A stretch of DNA of 14,765 nt from Nanobdellati archaeon (GTDB lineage Archaea > EX4484-52 > WAPT01), in assembly GCA_015520605.1 (NCBI GenBank), contig WAPT01000021.1, positions 1-14,765 on the forward strand. The letters run 5' to 3'. The notes under the pieces are model-generated. The model saw nothing but the letters and a program-made list of their open reading frames with translations, searched no databases and was not told the DNA's origin. The translations under genes and the position numbers were made by a program. Below are positions 1 to 8,695 of the stretch, one piece after another. Positions within the stretch are counted from its first letter, which is position 1. Each line of letters opens with the position of its first letter.

Positions 1-430
1 GTACGTGCGTATCAACGGGAAGGGCATCCCTACCAAAGCCATAAGCCAGGACACATCCCGCGGTTTTCCTCCCCACACCCGGCAGTGTGAGTAGCTCATC
101 CATCGTTGATGGAACTTTTCCGCCGTATTTCTCAATCAGCATCTTGCATGTTTTCACTATTCTCCTCGCTTTCTGCCTGTAAAACCCTGTGTTCCTTATC
201 ATCTCCGCGACTTTCTCCTCACCAGCGTTCACTATCGCTTCCGGTGTCGGATAAGCTTTTAGGAGTCTTTCCGAAGCTTCGTAAGTCTGCTCATCCTTTG
301 TTCTTTGTGAAATGATGGCGGAGATAAGCACACGGAAGGGGTCGTTGAAATAGAGATGTTCATCCCAGTACAGCGGTACAAGCCTTTCCACCACCACCTT
401 GACCTTTTCCGACACTTTCATTCCTGCCAT
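1..430 (-). CDS. nth: Endonuclease III (HhH-GPD DNA glycosylase/AP lyase), 5' part; runs off the left edge
   Basis: Manual translation from ATG at 430 gives 143 uninterrupted codons: MAGMKVSEKV...DPFRVLISAIISQRTKDE...TGFYRQKA...LLTLPGVGRKTA (HhH with catalytic Lys)...ALPVDTHV (catalytic Asp). It is absent from the ORF track because the stop lies outside the window. Confidence 0.95.
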   Translation of the reverse strand, partial: MAGMKVSEKVKVVVERLVPLYWDEHLYFNDPFRVLISAIISQRTKDEQTYEASERLLKAYPTPEAIVNAGEEKVAEMIRNTGFYRQKARRIVKTCKMLIEKYGGKVPSTMDELLTLPGVGRKTAGCVLAYGFGRDALPVDTHV

Positions 431-582
431 GATTTCAAAATAATCTCCTCATAACTTTTTAAGTCTCCACAAATCTACCAACCCCTCAAAAAAGATGCAC
501 AACCGGAGCGCTTCTCCGAGAGACTCGTAATGCTTTTTAGAAGGGTACCCGCCCCCTGGATCTTGAAGTTTCATCTCACACA

Positions 583-1062
583 CTACCTTACGAGCGCACC
601 GTCCTTGACCTCTCTTTCAGGGTAGAGTACGCTATCCTCCGCAAGGAGCTTTCTGTCCTGCCAGACAACACAACCATCCTTTACCTTCAGTCCATGCTTC
701 ATGAACTTCTCGAAGGAGATCCGAGGCATTGAGTCTGTATCGATTTCAACTCCCTCCGGCAAAGCAACCGCACCGACATCGGTATCACTCGTTATAAGAG
801 CCACCCTGTTACCGTCATCAGCAGCAAGCAACATACCCTCGCTAATCACACCCCTTATCTTCGCTGGCTTGAGATTACACAGTACAGCAACATTTTTGCC
901 CTTCAGCTCATCCATACGGTATATTTCCTTAAGCCCCGCGACCAGCTGTCTCTCCTCGTCTCCAAGGTCAACAGCCACGACATACAGTTTGTCAGCATCA
1001 GGATGGTCTTCCACATCAACAATCTTACCTATCTTTATGAGAAGCTGATACTCCATCACCAT
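583..1062 (-). CDS. Stand-alone tRNA-binding OB-fold protein (MetRS C-terminal / Trbp111 / EMAP-II-like) with a C-terminal extension
   Basis: Motifs IGKIVDVEDHPDADKLY, RQLVAGL and NLKPAKIRGVISEGMLLAA. The start is more likely ATG 1062 (TTATAAAA at 1093-1086) or ATG 1056 (GGGGTGA SD) than GTG 1083. Confidence 0.9.
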   Translation of the reverse strand: MVMEYQLLIKIGKIVDVEDHPDADKLYVVAVDLGDEERQLVAGLKEIYRMDELKGKNVAVLCNLKPAKIRGVISEGMLLAADDGNRVALITSDTDVGAVALPEGVEIDTDSMPRISFEKFMKHGLKVKDGCVVWQDRKLLAEDSVLYPEREVKDGALVR

Positions 1063-1111
1063 CACCCCCCTTCCGGCATCCACCCTTTTATAACCGTTCC
1101 ATATTCCCTTA

Positions 1112-1900
1112 TCAGAACACGCTCACGAGTTCGTCAAGCCTCCTTATGATCTCTGTTGGCTTGTATTCTCCCTTGGCCTTTCTAGCTTCTTCCTCGCTTG
1201 TCACACCCGTAAGCACGAGAACGGAGCGGAACCCGCACCTGTTTGCCAGCACAACATCCGTGTATATATCGTCCCCCACCATCACAACATCCTCCGGAAA
1301 GCTCCTCACGGTTTTCAGCACAACATCTCTCATAGCTTCAGAAGGCTTTCCAAGGTTCAGCACGGGTACCCTTGTCATGGCTTGAAGAGCCCTTATTATC
1401 GGTAACTCGGCAGGTATCTTTGTGCCATTGCTGCCTATTCGCCAGTAGGGGTAGTTGCCCGTTGCATAGACCTTTGCACCCCTCTCTACAAGTTCAAACG
1501 CTCTCTTGAGCTTCCATATATTGAAATTCCTGTCTACCGAGATGAGAACATGCTTGGCATCATCATCCACCCTTATATCTTGGAGAGATAGCTCCTTTAG
1601 AAGCCCCTGTTCCCCGATAACGTAAACCGCATTTACTCCATTTTTTTTGAAATATTTAGCTGCGGAATACCCAGAAGTTATTATTCTCTCCGGCGAGGTT
1701 CTTATACCCATTTTCTGGAGTTTTGCGGCAAGCCCTTCCCTTGACAGGACGGTGTTGTTGGTCATAAAATATATCTCCTTCCCGCTTTCCTTGAGCTTCT
1801 CGATGGTGTATTTTGCCTGCGGGAGAAGTTCATTCCAGTTCCAGATGGTGCCATCAAGATCGAATATAACTGTTTTTATGTTCTTCATAAAGCTCAGCAT
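1112..1900 (-). CDS. HAD-superfamily subfamily IIA hydrolase (NagD-like phosphatase)
   Basis: Motif I FDLDGTIW, motif II TNN, motif III GKP, motif IV MVGDDIYTD, and VLTGV. An alternative start is ATG 1888. Confidence 0.93.
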   Translation of the reverse strand: MLSFMKNIKTVIFDLDGTIWNWNELLPQAKYTIEKLKESGKEIYFMTNNTVLSREGLAAKLQKMGIRTSPERIITSGYSAAKYFKKNGVNAVYVIGEQGLLKELSLQDIRVDDDAKHVLISVDRNFNIWKLKRAFELVERGAKVYATGNYPYWRIGSNGTKIPAELPIIRALQAMTRVPVLNLGKPSEAMRDVVLKTVRSFPEDVVMVGDDIYTDVVLANRCGFRSVLVLTGVTSEEEARKAKGEYKPTEIIRRLDELVSVF

Positions 1901-2029
1901 GTGACATCACGATAGAGTAAAAGCGGATTGAAATTTTTTATTTGTTCCTTTCCCTTCACTTATTAAATCCAAAAAAGCATCTCGTCATATACGTACTCTT
2001 TTTATTTTTCAGCCGCGTAATTCATTTCC

Positions 2030-3094
2030 ATGATCTTTCAAAACGAACTCGCCGAGATGCTAAGAAGGAGGAGAGAGAAAATAAAGGAGCTGGCCAGAAA
2101 AATGAGAGAAAGACTGACCGTGCAAAAGGTTGACAGATCCAAGCTTTTTCTACCCCTCTCCGTCGCAGGGATTGATGGTGGCTACGCTCTTTTTGACGAG
2201 CTTGTGTTGCCCATCGTTGCTATTAGGGCTGTGGGCGTTGTTATGGAGATGAACCCACAGAGCCCGAGACTGCGCTATTTTCCGGGAGGTTATATCATGC
2301 CGGAACTCTTCATAGCTGACGGAGAGGATGAAACTTCCGTACGCTTGATTTCCCACGCTTACAGGGTGATGAGGGAGGTTGAAACGGCCCTCCATATTGC
2401 GGAAAGGTTTGAAGGGATTTCTGTCCTTTTTCTTCATGGTCCGCTTTACCCACACTTTCTGAAGAACACCAAACTGTCCGAGGGTTTTGAAGCCTCAAAC
2501 AAAAGCCTCACCGAGCTTTATTCACGCGTGACGGAACTTCTTGTATCTCTTCTGAGCAAAGCGGACAGGAAAGGGTTTGTGGTTGCAGGAGTTGTGGAGG
2601 ATAGCAGAGGCAGGACGTATATAGAAAGCGTGCTTCGGGATTCGGAAAATGAAGCGGAAGAAATCAATGATGTCGTTAACATTCCTTTCATTTCGGACAC
2701 GGAACTGCTGGATGTGGTGCTCGAGGAGGGGGAATACACAACTCCTGTCAGTTACGTGCAGTCGAAAGTTATTGAAGCAATAGGCAGAGTTTATCCACAT
2801 CTCCAGCCCCATGTTCGAAGATCAGGAGTGTTTTACTTGAAAGCAACGAGGAACGATTCTCCACTCAGAGTTGAGATATATCCTGGCAGTAAAAACACAA
2901 ATGAAGCGGCCATGTTCGTTTCTAAAGTCATATGCACAACCCTTTTCTCCCCCAATTACGGGATGCCCGCAGTACTTATAGAGGCAGATAGGAGAGCGAG
3001 GATACCCAGAAACGAGGCGAACCTGTTTCTGTACTCCACTCTCGGTAAAAATGTGATCACGCTTCGGAAGAGAAGAAAAAAACGTTTTCTATGA
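2030..3094 (+). CDS. nurA: DNA double-strand break repair nuclease NurA
   Basis: AGIDGG, a conserved Glu in MREVE, LFLHGPL (usually DGxL), GVVEDSRG, PLRVEIY and YGMPAVLIEADRRARI. It lies near rad50 and mre11. Confidence 0.88.
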   Translation: MIFQNELAEMLRRRREKIKELARKMRERLTVQKVDRSKLFLPLSVAGIDGGYALFDELVLPIVAIRAVGVVMEMNPQSPRLRYFPGGYIMPELFIADGEDETSVRLISHAYRVMREVETALHIAERFEGISVLFLHGPLYPHFLKNTKLSEGFEASNKSLTELYSRVTELLVSLLSKADRKGFVVAGVVEDSRGRTYIESVLRDSENEAEEINDVVNIPFISDTELLDVVLEEGEYTTPVSYVQSKVIEAIGRVYPHLQPHVRRSGVFYLKATRNDSPLRVEIYPGSKNTNEAAMFVSKVICTTLFSPNYGMPAVLIEADRRARIPRNEANLFLYSTLGKNVITLRKRRKKRFL

Positions 3095-3193
3095 TACCGT
3101 GCGAATTGCGTTTTTAAATTTTCAGTACAATACTTTAGATCGAGATTTATCATTAATTAATGGTGATCACATTATGAGGAGAGATCCTGTTGC

Positions 3194-3328
3194 ATGTATC
3201 TCAGAGGAGGCGGGTATCACAGCTTCTTCAGAGACCCCGAATATGAGCTTTTTCAAGTAGAACCCCCCCAAGAGGAGTTGAAAGGCTTGTCTATCCTTAC
3301 GGAGGACGAATGTTATGATGCTCTGTGA
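3194..3328 (+). CDS. Possible 44-aa small protein or gene remnant
   Basis: Manual translation MYLRGGGYHSFFRDPEYELFQVEPPQEELKGLSILTEDECYDAL* has protein-like composition, with GAGGAG about 12 nt upstream. No family recognised. Confidence 0.3.
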   Translation: MYLRGGGYHSFFRDPEYELFQVEPPQEELKGLSILTEDECYDAL

Positions 3329-3579
3329 GAATATGGCAACGCGGTGCGTTTATTCAGCGTTTATTTCATTCAATAAAATATAAAAAATGTTATGCCTGCA
3401 TATGTCAAGATTGGACTGAAAAGGTGGTCAAGACATGAGTATTTGTGGTGGGTCGGTGGAATTGCATTTAAAGGATACGGAAAATCGAACTTTTGCAGAT
3501 CTATTCAGATCTCTATTCGTATGACCACATCTATATGTGAATATATTTATGATGGAAAATCTTAACGGAGGTGTTAAGT

Positions 3580-4371
3580 ATGAGGGAAGGTGTCGACAGT
3601 TTGAAAAACACGAACGGGATGGAATATTCAGAGGAGGTATCCAGAGGATCTTACATAGGAAGAATGTGGGAGACGCTCTCAGAAGAGGGAAAAAAGGTAC
3701 TTGGAGATTTTATCAACGATCTTACAGATGACGTATGTAGCGACGTATGTAGGGGAGTGTATGACTGCACGGAGAGAGAGGTTGCATATCTTTTTGCAGG
3801 AGTCAGCGCATCCAGGGGTTACACTCCCGAAATGATGGCCAAGAGGTTTGAAGAAGATCCAGCGAAAATTTACGGAGATGTCCGTAAAGAAGTGAAAGAA
3901 CTTCTGAACAACAGATTTGTGCTCGATAACATGACCGTTTATTACACCAGGGATCTGTGCATCATTGCCCAGAAGAACGGGGCGTGGTTTGTTCCATTTA
4001 ATGAGGTTGAAGAAAATAAGTACCTCGGTATTGATCTATCAACAACAGGTAGAAGCATCCTTATGAAAATAGGGCGCAAAAGCATAAAAAGCGAAACGAC
4101 ATGTGAGACACCCAACTACAAGGAGCTCGATCCGGCGGTGCACAAGAAGTTCACGGAGAAGGTTCACGACCTCCTTCACGGTCAGGGTGAACTGGAGGCA
4201 GGAGCACCACCCGAAAGGAGGATGACAAAAGAAACTCCTAAAGGCGATAAAGAGGAGTTAACAGACCCTCTACTGAAAGCCATAGAAAGGGGCGAGCACG
4301 GAGTCATCGAGGACATATTGAAAGGGGGTTACACACGACCCATAAATTTCGAAGAACTTTTCGAAGAGTAA
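3580..4371 (+). CDS. Hypothetical acidic soluble protein (263 aa)
   Basis: Long ORF with Glu/Lys-rich composition like its neighbours. The SD GGAGGTG at 3567-3573 points to ATG 3580. No recognisable motif. Confidence 0.8.
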   Translation: MREGVDSLKNTNGMEYSEEVSRGSYIGRMWETLSEEGKKVLGDFINDLTDDVCSDVCRGVYDCTEREVAYLFAGVSASRGYTPEMMAKRFEEDPAKIYGDVRKEVKELLNNRFVLDNMTVYYTRDLCIIAQKNGAWFVPFNEVEENKYLGIDLSTTGRSILMKIGRKSIKSETTCETPNYKELDPAVHKKFTEKVHDLLHGQGELEAGAPPERRMTKETPKGDKEELTDPLLKAIERGEHGVIEDILKGGYTRPINFEELFEE

Positions 4372-4394
4372 GCGTCAGCATTAGGCGCTGTTGT

Positions 4395-6674
4395 TCAGTA
4401 AACCTTGATAGCTTTAGTTATGTCCTTTTTTCCTTCCCCTCTTTCAAATTTGTAGAGGTGCTCGGCAGCCGTTTCAGCGAGCAACTCGTCATGAGTTATC
4501 AGGATAACCTGTCTGAGCACCTCTATCGCTTTCTCTCTTAGCGTTCTCCCCAGCTCTTCCACAGCTTTACAGTCGAGATTGTGGGTAGGCTCATCCAGAA
4601 TTATCACCCTGAAAGATGGTGCCAGGAGGTTGGCAAGTGAAAGCCGAAGGGTTAGTGCTGCGGTCATTCTCTCTCCTCCCGAAACAAACGTATCGGCATC
4701 TACCCATACGCCCTCAGCGTTCAGTAACTTCAAAGTGTAACTGTCACCCTCCACAAACAGTCTGATATCCTGATAATCCTCATAAGGGTAAATAACTTCC
4801 CACATCCTGCTCATCTGGTAGTTGAGCGCAGCTATAAACTCTTCTCTTATTTCCACCTGTGATTTAACAAGCACGTCCTGGAGCTTGATAAGCATACTTC
4901 TCGTTAATTTGAGTTCCTCGAGCTCTTTCTCTATCTCTTTAAGTCTCTTTAACCTTTCCTCAATCTCTTGGAGGCGGTTTTTCTTTTCCTGAATGGTGAG
5001 TTTCAACCCTTCCACTCTGCCTGTGATCTGTGCTTTTCTTGAGGTTAGTTCAATGACCTCTTTTTCCAGAGACTCTATGGCGAGGTCGTCAACATCAAGC
5101 TCAGATAGCTGTTTTGAAAGTTCCTTCATCCTTTTCTGAAGCGAGAGCGCTTCATATCTTTTCTTTACCAGGTCGAGCAGTTTTTCCAGCGTCTTTATTT
5201 TTTCCTCCAGTTCACTCTTATCGGTTTTAGCGAGCTTGTTCTGAAGCTCTCTCACTTTTTCATCCATCTTCTTCAGAAGCTGTTCGTTCTCGTTAATTCT
5301 CACGCTTAGTCTGTTTGCAGCGTCCTTCTTCGACCTTACTTTAATAGCTTCCATTCTCATTGTCTTCAGTTCATTCATTTTTTCCAAGATGTTTTTCCTT
5401 TCCACGTTAAGATTCCCTATCTTACTCTTGCACTCCTCGATCCTCACCTCCTTTTTACGCGTTATTTCTGCTTTCTTCTCCTCGGTAAGCTTTGCCTCGC
5501 ATACGGGACAGGAGGACTCCGCATCCTTCAAAGCTTCCAGCGTTTCTTTTTCCTTCTCGATCATGGCTTTCAGCTTTGAGATCTTCTCCAGAAGCTCTTT
5601 GTCCTTGATTTCCAACTCCGTTATATTCTTCTCTATTTCCTCCAGCGAGGGCTCGTTCTTAATCTCGGCAAGGAGCCTTCTAAGCTCGTTGCTATCCTTC
5701 TCGATTTCCTTCTTAAGCATGCTTACAGTAGAGGAAGCTCTCTCAAGTTCCTTTTCCAGCTCATAAATCTCGGCAAGACCATTTCTGTGAGATTCCAACT
5801 CCTTGCTTATTTCCTCCGTGCTTGAGCTCTCGACCCTTTCCTTGAGCCCGCTGCTTTCTATCTCAGCCATTATGTTTTCCACCTTACCCCTTACCAGAGC
5901 TATCTCATGCCTGATAGCTTCAGCTTCCCTCCTTCTGGCCTTAAGCTTCATGAGCAGATTCTCCTTCTCACTCAGCCGGGCGGAAAGAGAGTTTATTTCA
6001 TTTTCGAGAGCTTCGAGCTCTCTTTCCTTTTCTTCAATTTCCCTTCTGATTGCATCAACATCCACACCATCCAGCTCCGCTTTCCACTGAGTAAGAATGC
6101 TCTCCTTACCCCCCACCTCTCTCTGCAGGGAGTTGATCAGGGTGGTGAGATTGGCTCTCGCTTTTTCTATCCTTTCAAGTTTCAGAATTTCGTCCATTCT
6201 CTTCTTCCTTTCACCCGGTCTCAAAGATAGAAACAGATCCATCCGGTTCTGCTCACCGTAGACGATCTGAACAAAGGTATCGTAATCTATCCCGATAATC
6301 TTCTCCACCACTTTCGTGACCTCTTGCGTCTGTGGTGCTGCCAGCAACCTGCCGTTTTCCCTTATCTCACTGTGATATGTGCCTTTGGAGGAGCTGAGCT
6401 TTCTTGTTATTTCATAAGTCTTACCATCCACTTCCAGCCATACCTTGATCTCAGCTTCGTGCTTTCTTGTGGGAAACTGCATTATCATGTCTCCCAGGTT
6501 GAGCTTTTTTGAGGATAGAGATGGTGTCTTTCCGTAGAGTGCAAAACATATGGCCTCAAGTACTGAAGTTTTCCCGGAACCCATAGAGCCGAGAAGGCAG
6601 TTAACCCCCTCATGGAATTCCAACTCGTTGTTCAGGTGTGTCCTCCAGCTTTTCAAAAGCACCCTTCTTATCAT
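4395..6674 (-). CDS. rad50: DNA double-strand break repair ATPase Rad50
   Basis: Walker A GSMGSGKTS, Q-loop GEQN, central zinc hook CPVC between two coiled coils, signature VSGGE, Walker B/D-loop ILDEPTHNLD and H-loop LITHD. Confidence 0.96.
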   Translation of the reverse strand: MIRRVLLKSWRTHLNNELEFHEGVNCLLGSMGSGKTSVLEAICFALYGKTPSLSSKKLNLGDMIMQFPTRKHEAEIKVWLEVDGKTYEITRKLSSSKGTYHSEIRENGRLLAAPQTQEVTKVVEKIIGIDYDTFVQIVYGEQNRMDLFLSLRPGERKKRMDEILKLERIEKARANLTTLINSLQREVGGKESILTQWKAELDGVDVDAIRREIEEKERELEALENEINSLSARLSEKENLLMKLKARRREAEAIRHEIALVRGKVENIMAEIESSGLKERVESSSTEEISKELESHRNGLAEIYELEKELERASSTVSMLKKEIEKDSNELRRLLAEIKNEPSLEEIEKNITELEIKDKELLEKISKLKAMIEKEKETLEALKDAESSCPVCEAKLTEEKKAEITRKKEVRIEECKSKIGNLNVERKNILEKMNELKTMRMEAIKVRSKKDAANRLSVRINENEQLLKKMDEKVRELQNKLAKTDKSELEEKIKTLEKLLDLVKKRYEALSLQKRMKELSKQLSELDVDDLAIESLEKEVIELTSRKAQITGRVEGLKLTIQEKKNRLQEIEERLKRLKEIEKELEELKLTRSMLIKLQDVLVKSQVEIREEFIAALNYQMSRMWEVIYPYEDYQDIRLFVEGDSYTLKLLNAEGVWVDADTFVSGGERMTAALTLRLSLANLLAPSFRVIILDEPTHNLDCKAVEELGRTLREKAIEVLRQVILITHDELLAETAAEHLYKFERGEGKKDITKAIKVY

Positions 6675-6815
6675 ACCGAGAAAAATATTTCTTCAATTTT
6701 TAAATCTTGAGGGAGCATACCTAAGTGCATAACCCACAAAAATTTCTCCAAAAATAAAAGATGGAAAAAGGAAATCCTTTGCTTCACAGTTGAGATTACA
6801 CATGCTTCACTGTTT

Positions 6816-7100
6816 TCACTTCTTGAACATGCTGACGAAGTTCAGCAGCGCTCCGACAACCACAAAAATAGTCCCGATTGCTGTTATCATAGCTTCAACT
6901 TGCCGTATCTCATGTGTTGGCGCTCCGGCAACGGCTGTGAACGGTTCCAGTGATGCTGCCAGGAGGAAGAGCATTGCACCTGTTGCGAACCACTTCCAGT
7001 CGATTTTCGGAAGATCGCCGTATTTCCACAGTACGGAAAGCACCGCTATCACGAAAAGTGCCTCTACAGGAGTGCTCATTGCAAGGAAACTCTCCACCAC
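6816..7100 (-). CDS. Small hypothetical membrane protein (about 94 aa, about 3 TM helices)
   Basis: Hydrophobic segments ALFVIAVLSVLW, WFATGAMLFLLAASL and MITAIGTIFVVVGALLNFV. TATA CTTATAAA at 7146-7139 and SD GGTGA at 7112-7108 favour GTG 7100 over ATG 7139. Confidence 0.78.
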   Translation of the reverse strand: MVESFLAMSTPVEALFVIAVLSVLWKYGDLPKIDWKWFATGAMLFLLAASLEPFTAVAGAPTHEIRQVEAMITAIGTIFVVVGALLNFVSMFKK

Positions 7101-7234
7101 CGTACCATCACCCGTTTTTATCTCTGCGACAGATACCATTTATAAGTTTAGAAGCACCAATATAGGACATTTTCGACATACAACGAAAAAATTTATGAGG
7201 TGTGGGGAGTTAATTGATGGAAAAATAAAATTTT

Positions 7235-8695
7235 TCAGGAAAATTTGATAAAATCCGTAAGTTTCCCAGTCATCTTTGTGTGTTTTTGTTCTTCATTTTT
7301 AACTTTGTTCTCCGCACCATCTTTATTTTCTGTCTTATCTGAAAAAGCTGTACCAACATCCGAACGGGAGAGTGTGTTATCGCTGTTCTTCCTCTCCGGT
7401 TCTTTCAGCAAATTTGGTGCTGCTACACTTTCCTCCGGTTCCTTTAACTTTTCACGGGTTTCCAGACCCCTCACGACTTCTCTTGCCATGCTCTCTGCTT
7501 TTTCAATCTCGCCATCAGCAAGGAGCTCTATTACATCAAGAAACGCTTGAGGCAGTCCCACATCCCTCAACCTTCTTTGCATCACCCTCGCGAAGATTGA
7601 CTCGGCAGTTTCGGAACTCTGTACTGCTTCCACAAATCTCTCCCTCTTTTCCATCTCATCCTTCGTTAGAAGCTTCTTAGCCATGTTCACGATGGCTCTG
7701 CTTTCAAACGCCTTCACGATTTCCTCAAGCCCCATGGCCTTCACGTTCTCGTTAATAATGCCCTTTAGCACCACCCTCACGAGCGGAATCTTTTCCAGCG
7801 CATCTACGGAAGAAAGCTTTTCGTTTATGGACGAGATGACGAGCTCCTTAATCTCCTTACCGCTCCTGCCGGTAACATCCAGCTCTATATAAAACGCCTT
7901 TCTGGGGGATTTCAGCTCTTCCTTCTCAAGCTTTCCGCTCAGGGTGTCGTAATAGTACATATACTTCGGAATGGCGGCTTCAGTCTTTCTCACCTGCGTG
8001 GTTATGGTGCTACCCGGGATGAGGAACAGCGTGTTGCCGATCTTCGTCTCATTCGCCCAGTGAATGTGACCATCAATTATGAGATCGAAGCCTTTTGGCA
8101 GATCCTCAAGCGTGAGTGTGGGGTTGTCATCATCCATATAAACGAAGCCCTTTACGGACTGGTGAAACATAAAGATGTTTTTCATACCTTCCACGGACCT
8201 CGGTCTGAGCTCTCTGAACACTTCTCTCGCATAAATCTCCGGCACTCCGGAAATGCCATGGATGGCAACTCTCTCTCCGGCCTTTTCAAGTATCGCAACC
8301 TCTCCATGCAGACAAACAAGATATCCCGCTTCCTCCATTAGCTCAACAGGGTTCACACTACCCTTCGTTCTTCTCTCGTGTGTGCCGTAAATGGTAATGA
8401 CAGGAAAACCTTTAAGGGCAAGCGGATTCGAGACACTCTTGCCATTTCTCTTCCTGACTTCAACGATTTTTGCCTCGCTTTCCCTCATCTTCAGATCCTT
8501 AAAGATCCGTATTGCCCTCGCTATTATTTCCTGTTTTGGCGTCCTGGTATCGAAGATGTCTCCCGCCAGAATGAGCGCATCAGCTTTTTCTGCGGCTCTC
8601 TTCAGCACCTCCTCGGCAGCCTCAAAACTGTCCTCCTGCCTCTCCCCGCCCCAGTCATAACCGAGATGGAAGTCGGATGCTATAGCTATGCGCAT
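7235..8695 (-). CDS. mre11: DNA double-strand break repair nuclease Mre11
   Basis: Metallophosphoesterase motifs SDFHLG, AGDIFD, YGTHE, MFHQ, GHIH and PGS. It has a capping domain, a charged low-complexity tail, and lies upstream of rad50. Confidence 0.95.
   Translation of the reverse strand: MRIAIASDFHLGYDWGGERQEDSFEAAEEVLKRAAEKADALILAGDIFDTRTPKQEIIARAIRIFKDLKMRESEAKIVEVRKRNGKSVSNPLALKGFPVITIYGTHERRTKGSVNPVELMEEAGYLVCLHGEVAILEKAGERVAIHGISGVPEIYAREVFRELRPRSVEGMKNIFMFHQSVKGFVYMDDDNPTLTLEDLPKGFDLIIDGHIHWANETKIGNTLFLIPGSTITTQVRKTEAAIPKYMYYYDTLSGKLEKEELKSPRKAFYIELDVTGRSGKEIKELVISSINEKLSSVDALEKIPLVRVVLKGIINENVKAMGLEEIVKAFESRAIVNMAKKLLTKDEMEKRERFVEAVQSSETAESIFARVMQRRLRDVGLPQAFLDVIELLADGEIEKAESMAREVVRGLETREKLKEPEESVAAPNLLKEPERKNSDNTLSRSDVGTAFSDKTENKDGAENKVKNEEQKHTKMTGKLTDFIKFS

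Noticed and set aside
106-315. 69-aa + strand ORF
   Set aside because: It is an antisense shadow of nth, which occupies 1-430 on the minus strand.
4371-4389. Short hairpin AGCGTC/GGCGCT between the convergent orphan and rad50 stops
   Set aside because: It has only 6 bp including a G-U pair and no U-tract, which is too weak to call a terminator.
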